DNA from: Mayamaea pseudoterrestris
Taxonomy: Eukaryota
NCBI GenBank assembly: GCA_027923505.1
Contig: BROI01000016.1
Span: 372,001 to 436,000 of the forward strand
Length of the DNA: 64,000 bases
Reading direction: 5' to 3'
The notes under the pieces are model-generated. The model saw nothing but the letters and a program-made list of their open reading frames with translations. It was not told the origin of the DNA and did no database searches. The number at the start of each line of letters is the position of its first letter. Within the stretch, counting starts at the first letter, position 1. This document shows, in pieces, positions 1-11,965 of this stretch. The position numbers and the translations under genes are program-made.

Positions 1-440
1 GCTCGGACGAGAATGGCGACATTCACGGAGCTGCCATTGACAGTTCTTAATTTATGGATATCCAAATGCAGCAAGTGAAAGATGGAGAGCAGCTTGTCAG
101 CAAATTTTGCGGTTGGCGGAGTTTGGAACTTAGTCTAGGGAGTTTATGCAATCACGCTGCAGCAATTCCATGGCTGTTGCGCCGGATGTTGGCCTACAGA
201 TCCGACTGTCGGTGTGCTGCTGAGAAACATATTGATGGAGCCATGAAGGCAACTATATCTCTCGCCGGCATTGTCGAGGGAAGTGTTTGTCGACTACTCA
301 TCAGTGACAAGTCCTTACTATTAAAAGCATGTAGTCGGTAAACAACCTTGGCTTCTTTGAGCCAGTCGTTTGCTATCCAAAGCTGTGGATTGGACATTGA
401 ACAGGGGCTTTCCAATTGGTGGCACAAGCGTGCTGCGAAA

Positions 441-1260
441 GTAGTTTGTACACGAACAGCAGCAATGTGAAAAACACTTTGCGGCGCTATCAACAAGTTT
501 TTATTGACGGCCGTGCAACTCAAGATGAACTTCCCTTAGATTGCCCCTTTCCTCTTTGTAGGATCCATGACATGACTACCGATAGACTGCGTTTCGCGTT
601 TAGCAAACGTTTATTCGCTGTTTCGCGGAAGTCCTACCAACGACAGTGCCGAGCACTTCTTCAAAGCTATGGGAATGGCCAAAGTTCGAAGTTGACCAAG
701 AAATATGCAAGTTTAACAATTTAGGCAATCTGACAACGACCACATCAATAGCTATATGTATGGCGTCACCTGTGATAGTTTCACACGCCAAAGCTTCACC
801 AGCGCTTGCGAGCTTCCGAGACGTAAACCCCAAGCCATTCTCTGAACCGATCGAGCAGTAAATCTGCGAGCCCTCGCAGATACTAGTCGGACCTGGTCAA
901 GAAATGGTGCTTTCGTACGTCTCGAATCTTCCAGAAGACGCTGGCTGCAAGAGACTTTGGCTGTGTGTAACTATGAAACATCGCCAAGAGCTATAGTGAT
1001 TGTCAAGTTACTGGCTGATGCTTGCCTAAAGTCACAACTTGCGTATTCTTCCGTCAACTGAGACTTTGGCCATGCCCAAGCTTTGAACGAAGTGCTCGTG
1101 CACTAAATCGTTCGAGACTTCACTGCAAAGAGCGAATAAGCGACGTTCCTGCTAAAATGGCGCGAAACGCTCTTCGTTAGTTCATGTCATGGACTCTTAC
1201 ACAACGTTGATAGCGCCGCAAAGTGTTTTTCAGCCAATTGTTTGTTCGAGTATAAACTAC
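441..1260. repeat. Long imperfect inverted repeat (fold-back) centred at 871/872
   Basis: 468-494 tgaaaaacactttgcggcgctatcaac is the exact reverse complement of 1206-1232. Further collinear pairing: 441-458 with ~1243-1260, ~556-620 with ~1130-1201, ~651-728 with ~1022-1097, ~775-815 with ~937-975. Apex is atctgcgag-cc-ctcgcagat (862-881). Confidence 0.9.
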
Positions 1261-1537
1261 TCTCGGCACACTTGGATGCACAATAAAGCTGTAGTTGGAA
1301 CTCACGGAAGCAAGCATTCTTGATTTACGCAAATTAGTTACGCAGTCATAGTAAGCGGCACATGCAAAATGCTCTTGACGTGGACGATGCGGAGGTTGTG
1401 TAAGCGAAACGAAGACTTTTTTCATGAAAAGGTTATCGTCTTTTGAGACAAGTCCTCATATATGTTGCAGCGTTTTTGACAAGCCAAGTCTTAACAGATC
1501 TTACCATTAGGGTAAAGCTTAAATAAATTAATGAGAT

Positions 1538-4500
1538 CTACACATGATACTTTTGCTTGTTCTTAAAAACCCTGTTGAGTCGCCGCAAAAAGCCGCGTTT
1601 CTTGCGTGGACTGCTGCGTATATCCTCCTCTTCATCGTCATAATTGGCGTCAGAGTCGTCAGACTCATCATCATCCCTCTCGTCATCGTCATCATCTTCA
1701 TCATCTTCATCGTCAACTGTGCACCCACGGGAGCCGGTAGAGGATGGATGGAATGATATGGAAGTGATCGACAAATCATCACCGCGAGACGATGCAGTGG
1801 TGAAGGTTCGACGAACTCCGCTCTTGCCATCTTCCTCGATACTGTCATCGTCCAAATGCAATCGCATGCTGGTAACTTCGCGAACTACACTTGGTGTTGT
1901 AGGATGGTACAGCTCCGGTGCTTCCGCTATATGCGGATGCTTGGCATTGTCAACAAGCGATCCTTCCTCCTCAGGATCCGTGCTTTTTGACCTGGTCTTG
2001 GTGTGTAGCTTTATCTTGTTGTGTCTCTTGCCTTTATAACCATCTTCCATGGCGCGCACCATTTCACGAGTTGTCGGATGGTAGCTTTCGACTTCTTCGT
2101 CGTCGTCGCGATCTGCCAGGACAGCATCATAATCGGCTGTGACCTTTGGTTTAACGGGCGCTTGTGCGCAATCGGTGCACTTGAGAAATGAATCAGCTGC
2201 ACTAGCCATCACACCGCAGGAGTAAAATCGCAGACATTGAACCAGTGCAGCTTCTTCTTCCGTTACTTCCACACCGACGGAGTACTCATCAAGTTCGACT
2301 AGAACTGGCGCTTGAGTGTCGACAAACTGTTTTGCCGGTGACCGTCGCTTCGTTCTCTCACTTTTCGACGGCGTACGTGTCTTTGCCACCTTAGCATTGG
2401 CTGGGGCACCGTTGCGTCGAAAAATACGAGAACCAAAGGAAGATGTCTTTGAAAGGACGTCGACGTTCGATTCCATCGACATTAGCGACTGGGTGTAAAC
2501 AAGCGCTGGATCTGGAGCTCCTGACTTCTTCTTGCCAAACCAGTTTCTCTTTCCGCTAAAGGCCGAAGCAGAAGCAACTGATCGGTCGGCTTCGATGGCA
2601 TCTCTTTTAGACTTTGAGGTTATCACCGACCCCACTTTGGGCGACTTTTTTGGCTTGCGATCTACCAAAGTTACTTCATGCGCACTTACAACAGCGACAT
2701 CTCGTCGGCGCGGATCGGCTGACGTTACAGCCGCTGGAGGCGCTTTGGGCGACTTTAACCTCATGCGAGCACTGGGATCATGCTTATGTACTCTCTCAGC
2801 AACAGCTTCGCTCGTGACAGGTTTATGCTCTCGTGGAGTCAACAGTCGCCGAGCAGCTCGTTTCACGAACGAAACAGGCTCGACGCTCTTTACAGTATCG
2901 GTTGACAATGAACGGCGCCGCTGGGTCTTTCCCTTTGTCGGCTCTATGCTTTTTCTGCTAGTCCTAGAGCTTAGCGACGAGTCGCTCCTTCGCACACTCG
3001 ACTTCCGCGATGCAGTAGACTCTTTTACACGACGCCGCGTTTCATGATTTGATTTGGAGGACCGCTTCATGGCTGTCGCTTTCGATGCTGATCGTTCCAC
3101 TTCTAAATCTGTCGACTTCTTTGCTGCAGCTTTAGACAGTGATTGCTTCGTTTTCGCTTCTAAAGGCGCTTGACTTAAGATCTGCGGATTTGTTTTCTTT
3201 GGTAGCTTTGCAGCTTTCGGTAGCTTTGCGGCTTTTGGTTTAAGTGCTGTTGTCTCGGTCTGAGTCTCCATGGTCCGCGTTGATATCGTGGGCTGAGTAG
3301 ACTGAGTGCCCTGCACACTGTTCGTGGATGGAGTCGACACCACATTAATTGTTTCAGCCGGTGTAGATACAGCAACGTCGATGATCGACTCGTCCGCGTC
3401 AAGATGCAAATGTTCCTGATCGTCGCCATCAGATTCGTAAGTTTGAAGTTGGATGAGCGAAACCATTTCAAACTCGTCGTGTTCGATTCCGCCTTCTTTC
3501 AGCTCAACAAGAAGCCTTGGAGATGATGGAGCCGACACTAAACTTGCGTATCGGTCACTAGATGAGTGGCTGTCGAGAGTTGATGATGCCTTTAGCTCCT
3601 CATTCCCTTCTTCTTCAGCGGATGCATCATCATGCTTCAAACTCGTCTCCATGGAAGGCATCGGTTCCGACATTGATCGAGGCGATGTTTCATGGACTGC
3701 CGGCAGCAATTCAACTGTAGTCTTACTCACTTCATCGGCATCCGGTTCGTTCTTATGTTTTCGACCAAATAAGCCATAAACGGATCCTGGCGCCGGCGTC
3801 TTGGTTGACATTTCTGACTTAGAACCACCTTTTTTGAATTCAGACGTATGAAACATTCGAAAGAATGAAGAGCTGGACGACCTCGATTTGCTGGGATCAG
3901 ATGTCACGACGACAGTGGTCGTTTCTATAGGAATTAAGTCGGGCTCCTCGCCACTTGCAGATACCACTGCTTCGCCTTCTGGCGTCTCTTCCTTGTCCGA
4001 AGTCAACAATCCGGCTTCTTTGTTTGGCGTCTTCGCAGCTAGCTCGTCAACGTTGACAGCTTTCTTTGCCAAAGGAGAGCGGGCCAATGTATCAGAAAGC
4101 GATGATGTCGTGCTATCCTCGTCGGCTTTAAGCATGGACGCAGCCTTGCGCAATTTTTTCTTGCGCGCCTTTTCCGCATCAAGCTCCTTTTTCTTTCGTG
4201 CAATATCGTATTTTCGTTCACTTCTGTCGCCACCGTCTCGTTTCGAGTCGAAACTTTTTGATGGCCTTGGTGACGCATAAACAGGATCATTATCGTCCAC
4301 CTCTGTAAGTAGGGCTGTTTGAATGGCCTTAGGCTTTTTCGTTGGGCTTCTAACTTGGGGAACACCCTCGCGTTGCTCCTCATTGTCGATACTGCCACGC
4401 CACTGGGGGGCATCATCGGTCGAGTCGCTCCACAAGCGATCAACGGAAGGGGCAGTGAACTGAGAGTGAGGTGACGCCGACGTCCTCCGCGAGCTTGCCA

Positions 4501-5236
4501 CGGAGCGACTATACTTGTCGTCAAACTCTGATTCATCAGCACTTAGTATGCCTGTAATGCAATCATCGACTGGGTCAACCGAATACCGTGAATACTTGCT
4601 CCGCTCCTCCATTAGCTCCTCGACCGAGTCGTCCGAATCGTAACTTCGAACCGTCGGGACGCGATCGATAATCTTGCGCGGAGTGCGTCGCTTGCTTTTG
4701 GGAGTATCTGACTTGTCCTTCTTGCTCTTCTTCTCCTTTTTCTTATCTTGGCTTCTGCTTCGCTTGGTCTTGCTTTCCTTTTTGGAAGTCTCCTTGGAGG
4801 GCTTTCCTTTTCGCCCAAGTTCCTGTTTCGACCTCTTCTTGTCTTCAACCAAGTCGTACTTGCCGCGACTCTTACTATGAGAGCGACTTTTGCTTCTTCG
4901 GCTTGTCTTGCTGCGAGATCGGCTTCTTGAGGAACGGCGACTCTGATACTTGCCCTTGCTTTTCGACCGAAGTCTACGACGTTCTTCAGCCTCTTCATCC
5001 GTATCGTAACGCGACCGGCTCCGAGAGCGGCTCCGACGGCGCTCAGTATCATGTCTGCTATTGGTGCGAGACCTAGACGAGCTTCGCTTTTCGAGCGACT
5101 TGTTCTTTGGCTTACTGATACTTGGCGCCTTGCCGTCATGCCCGCTTTTCGACTTGCTGCTCTTGCCTCCGACAGCAACAAGCGCCGGTTCTTCGTCCTT
5201 GCGATTACGACCGCCAAGCATACCAGGGAACCTCAT
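1538..5236 (-). CDS. Hypothetical 1,232-aa low-complexity, probably disordered protein (RS/K-rich N-terminus, acidic C-terminal tract)
   Basis: Uninterrupted 3.7-kb ORF starting at ATG; no recognisable domain. Confidence 0.75.
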   Translation of the reverse strand: MRFPGMLGGRNRKDEEPALVAVGGKSSKSKSGHDGKAPSISKPKNKSLEKRSSSRSRTNSRHDTERRRSRSRSRSRYDTDEEAEERRRLRSKSKGKYQSRRSSRSRSRSKTSRRSKSRSHSKSRGKYDLVEDKKRSKQELGRKGKPSKETSKKESKTKRSRSQDKKKEKKSKKDKSDTPKSKRRTPRKIIDRVPTVRSYDSDDSVEELMEERSKYSRYSVDPVDDCITGILSADESEFDDKYSRSVASSRRTSASPHSQFTAPSVDRLWSDSTDDAPQWRGSIDNEEQREGVPQVRSPTKKPKAIQTALLTEVDDNDPVYASPRPSKSFDSKRDGGDRSERKYDIARKKKELDAEKARKKKLRKAASMLKADEDSTTSSLSDTLARSPLAKKAVNVDELAAKTPNKEAGLLTSDKEETPEGEAVVSASGEEPDLIPIETTTVVVTSDPSKSRSSSSSFFRMFHTSEFKKGGSKSEMSTKTPAPGSVYGLFGRKHKNEPDADEVSKTTVELLPAVHETSPRSMSEPMPSMETSLKHDDASAEEEGNEELKASSTLDSHSSSDRYASLVSAPSSPRLLVELKEGGIEHDEFEMVSLIQLQTYESDGDDQEHLHLDADESIIDVAVSTPAETINVVSTPSTNSVQGTQSTQPTISTRTMETQTETTALKPKAAKLPKAAKLPKKTNPQILSQAPLEAKTKQSLSKAAAKKSTDLEVERSASKATAMKRSSKSNHETRRRVKESTASRKSSVRRSDSSLSSRTSRKSIEPTKGKTQRRRSLSTDTVKSVEPVSFVKRAARRLLTPREHKPVTSEAVAERVHKHDPSARMRLKSPKAPPAAVTSADPRRRDVAVVSAHEVTLVDRKPKKSPKVGSVITSKSKRDAIEADRSVASASAFSGKRNWFGKKKSGAPDPALVYTQSLMSMESNVDVLSKTSSFGSRIFRRNGAPANAKVAKTRTPSKSERTKRRSPAKQFVDTQAPVLVELDEYSVGVEVTEEEAALVQCLRFYSCGVMASAADSFLKCTDCAQAPVKPKVTADYDAVLADRDDDEEVESYHPTTREMVRAMEDGYKGKRHNKIKLHTKTRSKSTDPEEEGSLVDNAKHPHIAEAPELYHPTTPSVVREVTSMRLHLDDDSIEEDGKSGVRRTFTTASSRGDDLSITSISFHPSSTGSRGCTVDDEDDEDDDDDERDDDESDDSDANYDDEEEDIRSSPRKKRGFLRRLNRVFKNKQKYHV

Positions 5237-6307
5237 GGTTGATGAGTAAATTGATTCAATGCGCTATAGTCTTTTTTTCAAAGATGGTGTCTCGCGTGAC
5301 TCCACGGTGCATGCAATGGCGTCAAAGCAACAATAGGGGTGCTCGCCAAGATGTGGCGAGTTGGCGAAAGCCTCGCAGAACGCACACTTTGTGGAGTGGC
5401 TGGCGCGAATTTAGGCTCGGCTGGCTCTATCCGTGACACACAGCGGTACTCACGGTTGACGCAGGGACGCTGATGACGACGATGCCGCAAAACAGTCGCT
5501 GCCCAGTCACCATGAGATTTGGCAACTTTGTTGACAAAGAAGACTTGAGACCTGCTTGCCTGTAAACCACGACAACAGATGCCATGTTTGCAGCGCGTCT
5601 TCATCACGCTGGATCAATAATCACTCGGTCTGTGGCATCTAGACCATGGCCTTCGAAATTCGTTCCGACGACAACATCAACCTCATCATGTGCTCATCTT
5701 CCACGGCATACATTGCGCTTACAACCGTACACTACTTTCGTTCCAACACCAATGCAAATAGAACAACCTGGCCAATCGATATTTTCTACATGCAAACGCT
5801 GGTTCGAGGAAGCCATTTGGCAAATGAGCTCGACGGTCAAGAAGCGACGGAGTAAAATGAACAAGTACGTGTTTGGCTTTTAATTTCCTGCGGCCTGCGC
5901 CGCATAATATACTGCAAATCTATGGTCAATTATGCCATGCTTACACTTTGTTCGCTTTTCGTGTCAGACACAAACTTAAAAAGCGACGAAAGCTAGAACG
6001 CCGCAAGACCAAGTAATGATCAAACCATCAAGCATCAAGCATCGCGTTGATTGCTGCAGTCCTTTAGCTTTTGCTGCTTTATAGATTGAAGCACGCTTTT
6101 GGCTGCCTTATCTTGTATATACGTAGACCAAACGATGTTGAGCTATAGCCGTAGTCGATCTCATTCGAACATCTCCCGTTTTGATGCATCCTTGTGCGAA
6201 CGCGGTTTCCGTGTAGAAGTGAAGAGGTGCTCGCACACACGAGATGGACACAAATATTGATCGAGTGACAAGATTAAAGACCTTTTTTGGAGAAAACCTG
6301 CAGTAGC

Positions 6308-6862
6308 ATGTCATTTCGAGCCAGCGCAAAAGGCAAGGGTGCGGCGCAAGCCGCCACTGACAACGACGATGACGATTCCTCCCTCCTCATTTGTCCCATT
6401 ACATGCGAACCCATCGTAGATCCTGTCGTAGATCCAGATGGTGTCTGCTACGAGCGCGAAGCCATTACGAGCTGGCTTGAAAAGGAGGAAACCTCGCCCA
6501 TGACGCGGTGCTCGCTGAGCTCCGACCAACTGTCGAACCTTCCCCGAGCTTGGCGCCACTCATCTTCCTCCAGGTACAATGCCAAGACTGGAAAGACCAT
6601 GCAGTTATTCGTCAAGACACTATCCGCCAAGACAAAGGTTGTTTTCGTGGCGCCAGACGCAAGCGTTGTGGATCTCAAACAAGCCATTCAGAACGTGGAA
6701 GGTATTCCGCTCAATGAGCAGCGTTTGATAAGCTCGGGCAAGCAACTCGTCGACGGAAAGAGCTTGGCCGACTACAAGATTCAGGAGCAGTCCACGGTAT
6801 ACTTGTTGCTTCGCTTGTCTGGAGGCTGCGGGATGTTGATGGCTTCTTTGTCTTGTTTCTAA
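6308..6862 (+). CDS. U-box domain + ubiquitin-like domain fusion protein
   Basis: U-box [44 protein letters not shown], then a ubiquitin-like domain MQLFVKTL...[43 protein letters not shown] plus an 11-aa tail. First ATG at 6308. Confidence 0.9.
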   Translation: MSFRASAKGKGAAQAATDNDDDDSSLLICPITCEPIVDPVVDPDGVCYEREAITSWLEKEETSPMTRCSLSSDQLSNLPRAWRHSSSSRYNAKTGKTMQLFVKTLSAKTKVVFVAPDASVVDLKQAIQNVEGIPLNEQRLISSGKQLVDGKSLADYKIQEQSTVYLLLRLSGGCGMLMASLSCF

Positions 6863-7290
6863 TACCAATATGAGTTTGCGTTATTTCATCAAATTGATTA
6901 AGTATGTTTAGTATGCATTTGTATAAGTTTTACTGAAGCTGATGATAAAATGTAGACTAAATACAGCAAGAACCTGTCGTTACAACTATATAGGCATAGA
7001 CAAGCTAGCTAAAAATAAAAGGTGAACCCCTCGATTTTGCTAACAGCTGCTCCGACATGAGGGCATAAGCAACCGTGACCTCGGGAGGCAATGCGTGAAT
7101 AACAAATCGAGTTCACGTTTTAGCGACCACGTCGTGATGAGCCAATCCTCTTGCGAGGATCTGCTTCCACCAAGACCCAAAGATGAACAACGCAGCAGAG
7201 CCAAATGAGCGCAACTGACAGCAAAATCAACGTCGTCCTTGACTGTGCCATAGTATCGACTACTACTTTTACTATCATTGATCATCTCAC

Positions 7291-7818
7291 ATGCCGACGC
7301 TACACATTCCATTGCGACGCGCCTGCGGCCGCCAACTCGTGGATCTTCCACCGAAAAAGCCGACGCGCTCTCGCAGTCAAGGCCGTACTAGCTGCGACAA
7401 TAACAATGATAGTTGGAGTAGCAACCTGACGCAAGAAACATACTGTCTGCACAATAGCTGGTCCTCCTTTTCGACGCAATCGCGTGACGATCATTTGCCG
7501 CCATCATTGCAGCTTCCGGTAATTGATGCGAAGGACAAGGACGACTTGCAGCAATACGAATTAAATACATTTTCAGCAGGAGCAGCAACTTTAAACAAGG
7601 AATCAAAGCGGGTCCGAATCAACTTGCCTCCAAATCTGAATCAAGTCCTTGCGCAAATGCAACTGGATCCTCTGGTCCAGCTCAAGAGCGACAGCTGCAG
7701 TCTGCATGGTGCAGAACCGTCGGAGCATTCGCACGACTTTTCTACATGTATCAACGAGGCAAAAAGAGCCATTGAAGATTATGAATCAATATGTCGGCAG
7801 TTTGAAAGCGAATACTGA
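7291..7818 (+). CDS. Hypothetical protein (175 aa)
   Basis: ATG-initiated ORF with a helical-looking C-terminus, in an otherwise empty gap; no domain recognised. Confidence 0.45.
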   Translation: MPTLHIPLRRACGRQLVDLPPKKPTRSRSQGRTSCDNNNDSWSSNLTQETYCLHNSWSSFSTQSRDDHLPPSLQLPVIDAKDKDDLQQYELNTFSAGAATLNKESKRVRINLPPNLNQVLAQMQLDPLVQLKSDSCSLHGAEPSEHSHDFSTCINEAKRAIEDYESICRQFESEY

Positions 7819-8049
7819 AGCTTAGTCGCTAATGCATTGAAGTGCGAAGAGACGAGGAGAAGCTTGACAATGCAAGCTTGCGGCAGAACATTTATTTTCC
7901 ACGGAATGATGTACGACAAAAAGTACCTATAAAGTTACGCTAATGATTTAGTTGTCTAATATGCAATGTAAAATACCAAGTGGGCCTTGCGCCACGTAGT
8001 AGGATAGGATGTCTCTTCCCATTCGAGCAAAAATAACTTCGCTCCAGCG

Positions 8050-9584
<1,535 letters not shown>

Positions 9585-10699
9585 TCAAAAAATGAAGCCG
9601 AATCCGCTAGCATGACCAAATATGTGGAAAGTGAAGGAGGAAGCGGCGAAACTGGTCGAGGGCTCAGCAAAGGCCCAAGGTCACGTCCGACTGATCTCCG
9701 ACTTCAATGACTTTTTGACGACCTCGTTCCGACAAGCAAGACTGGTAGGCTTGCATTTTGGTCATGATGGTTAATTACGGATCGAAATTTCCGACAACAT
9801 CAGCTCTTTTACACGCATGGGAGAACTTAAGTAATGGGACAGGCAGCTTTCGTCGGTTTTTGCGAGAGTGGAGGATTGCCAGTGAGTTGAGGGTGCTTGA
9901 CGGTACTAAGTGATATGAATTGGCTCGCCAATGTGACTGGTGAGAGAAGAAATTTGGCCTATATCGAGTACTACGATAGACACATCGCTTAACAAGGTTT
10001 TTACGACTAACCGCAAATATTCGGAAGGCCCCATGCATTACGTTAGAAAAGGTCCAATCCGCAGTCATTCTCCTTTGGTCGTCGACAGCGGGGACATGTC
10101 GCACAGTTTTCTACGGTAGTCGCACCATTACCGGTAGGTTCGTGATAGCTCCCGCAGCGCTCCTTTCACTTTACTCATCCTGTTCAAGCATACGACTCAA
10201 CGTCAAGAAGTGGAACATGACTTGCTATCAATATGACGACTTAAAGAATTTTGTGCCTTCCAGAGTATCCTTTTCGTTGAGACACAACATAAGTATTGTG
10301 CTGGCCAATGAATGTCTCGTCTGCCTCCTAGCAATCACTGCTGCTGCATCGTCCCAATCACAATTAGCTAAAATACAAGAGGAAGTCGAGCCAGCAAATC
10401 TATTTGAATTTGCTAAACGACCTGCTTTTTTCCGTGTGGTGGCTAGATTAGTATCTGCTCCACAACAAAAGAGGATCTGGCGGTCAGTCGCAAGGCCCTT
10501 GCTAGTGACTGCTGCAGAGAGTAGCCGTAGATGTCTTGACAAAAGTTATAAACATGTACTTTGCGTGCAGTTCACTGCGCAAAGCTATTGTGCCGTTCCT
10601 GTCATTCGTAGGGCGAAGGTTGCCTTAAAAATCTGGCGCGACAAAAGAGTTTAGCGGCGAACGCACCTTGAGGAGCCTCAGGACAGAACGCCAGTCTCA

Positions 10700-11617
10700 T
10701 CATGCATGTTGCCTCAATACTTTGGTGATGCGCTGTCCCTCATATCCTGCCGGCAGCACACTTCCTCCCGAGTTTGCCTGCTCCGCCGTCTCTTTTGGTC
10801 GCCCTCCTCTCTTCATCCAAGCGTCTCCTCGCAGTGGCCAGAGCCGAAGCAGAACTCGACCAATCACCAGACTCGCCGGCACGGGCCCATACGCCCGACT
10901 ATCGCTGCTATTGTTTGGATTGTCGCCTTCCACCCACAAGTGACCATCAGGTACTATAAGGAGCGACCCTCCATGCTGAATGACTTGATCACCTGGCAAA
11001 CCAAGGATACGCTTGCAAACATTGCCCTTGCGCAGCGGATGCTGGACAACGACTACATCGCCGACGGCAAGTGTCGAGTTGAACAAGATTTCATTGAAAC
11101 ATTCGATCAGCGATGGACTCGGTACGTTCGATACGCTAACGACTGGTGCATGCCATTCATCGACAAGTCCAGTTTGTTGTTCAAATTCAACTTGCTGTTG
11201 CCGCGCCAAACGACTTCGTTCCTCTCCAATAGGACCATTCTCCATGTTTCGTACCCACTTTTTCAGCAGTATAATTTCACCCTCTGACAATATTGTCGGA
11301 AACATGGAGGGGCCTTCGCACAAGGTAATGTCGCAAACGTATTCCGTGATGCAGTAAACCAAGCAGCCGGCCTGCAGGGCGCGTGTAGCAAGCAGCATGG
11401 CGTAATAAGTATTGCTCATTGATGAATCATTCGTTAAGCCAGCAGTAGGCTGCTGAATGAAGTTGCCATTCTTGTCATACATTTGTGAATGCGACGGACG
11501 TTTCCTGGCGTCCATGAGATTCCGACATTGCTGTTGTTGGCGTTGCAAGGGATGCTGCGTCGCGTCGACAAAGCGTTGTCGACACGTTTTTGCTTGCCGC
11601 AGAGCAAATCGGATCAT
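10700..11617 (-). CDS. IMP1: Mitochondrial inner membrane protease subunit 1 (peptidase S26)
   Basis: Arg-rich presequence; catalytic Ser in GPSMFPT and Lys in VCKRILG; VPDGHLWVEGDNPNNSSDSRAYGPVP. Confidence 0.88.
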   Translation of the reverse strand: MIRFALRQAKTCRQRFVDATQHPLQRQQQQCRNLMDARKRPSHSQMYDKNGNFIQQPTAGLTNDSSMSNTYYAMLLATRALQAGCLVYCITEYVCDITLCEGPSMFPTILSEGEIILLKKWVRNMENGPIGEERSRLARQQQVEFEQQTGLVDEWHAPVVSVSNVPSPSLIECFNEILFNSTLAVGDVVVVQHPLRKGNVCKRILGLPGDQVIQHGGSLLIVPDGHLWVEGDNPNNSSDSRAYGPVPASLVIGRVLLRLWPLRGDAWMKRGGRPKETAEQANSGGSVLPAGYEGQRITKVLRQHA

Positions 11618-11965
11618 TTTACTTGCAATACAAGATTTCTTTAAGCAAATGAAACACCTTACTGGAAATTCAATGTATGCTTACAAAGCGCAAAGACGTG
11701 AAGCAAAAGGAGATGATGTGTGTGTTTTGTGGTTGCCACTGATCGAAAGGTCGTACCAGCACTCAACTCCGTCAGCCAGCTATCAGATCATTGTGAATGC
11801 ATGCATGGACGAACCTGAGAGCATGGTTCATACACCAGAATCGCAGTGTACAAACTGTTTATAAAGTTTTAAATGCTATATGTTTAGTTCCACTATTTTT
11901 CGCGAAATCTTCTACCAAGCTCTCATTGACTCTACCTGAACGCCTTTTCAACAGCAGGGCATTTA

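Noticed and set aside
54..430. Short ORFs at the window start and extension of the fold-back to ~300/1400
   Set aside because: No recognisable protein; matches beyond 441/1260 are only 7-8-nt patches.
10142..10654. 170-aa ORF in the trypsin-IMP1 gap
   Set aside because: GTG start, no motif, lies antisense to the likely IMP1 3' UTR.
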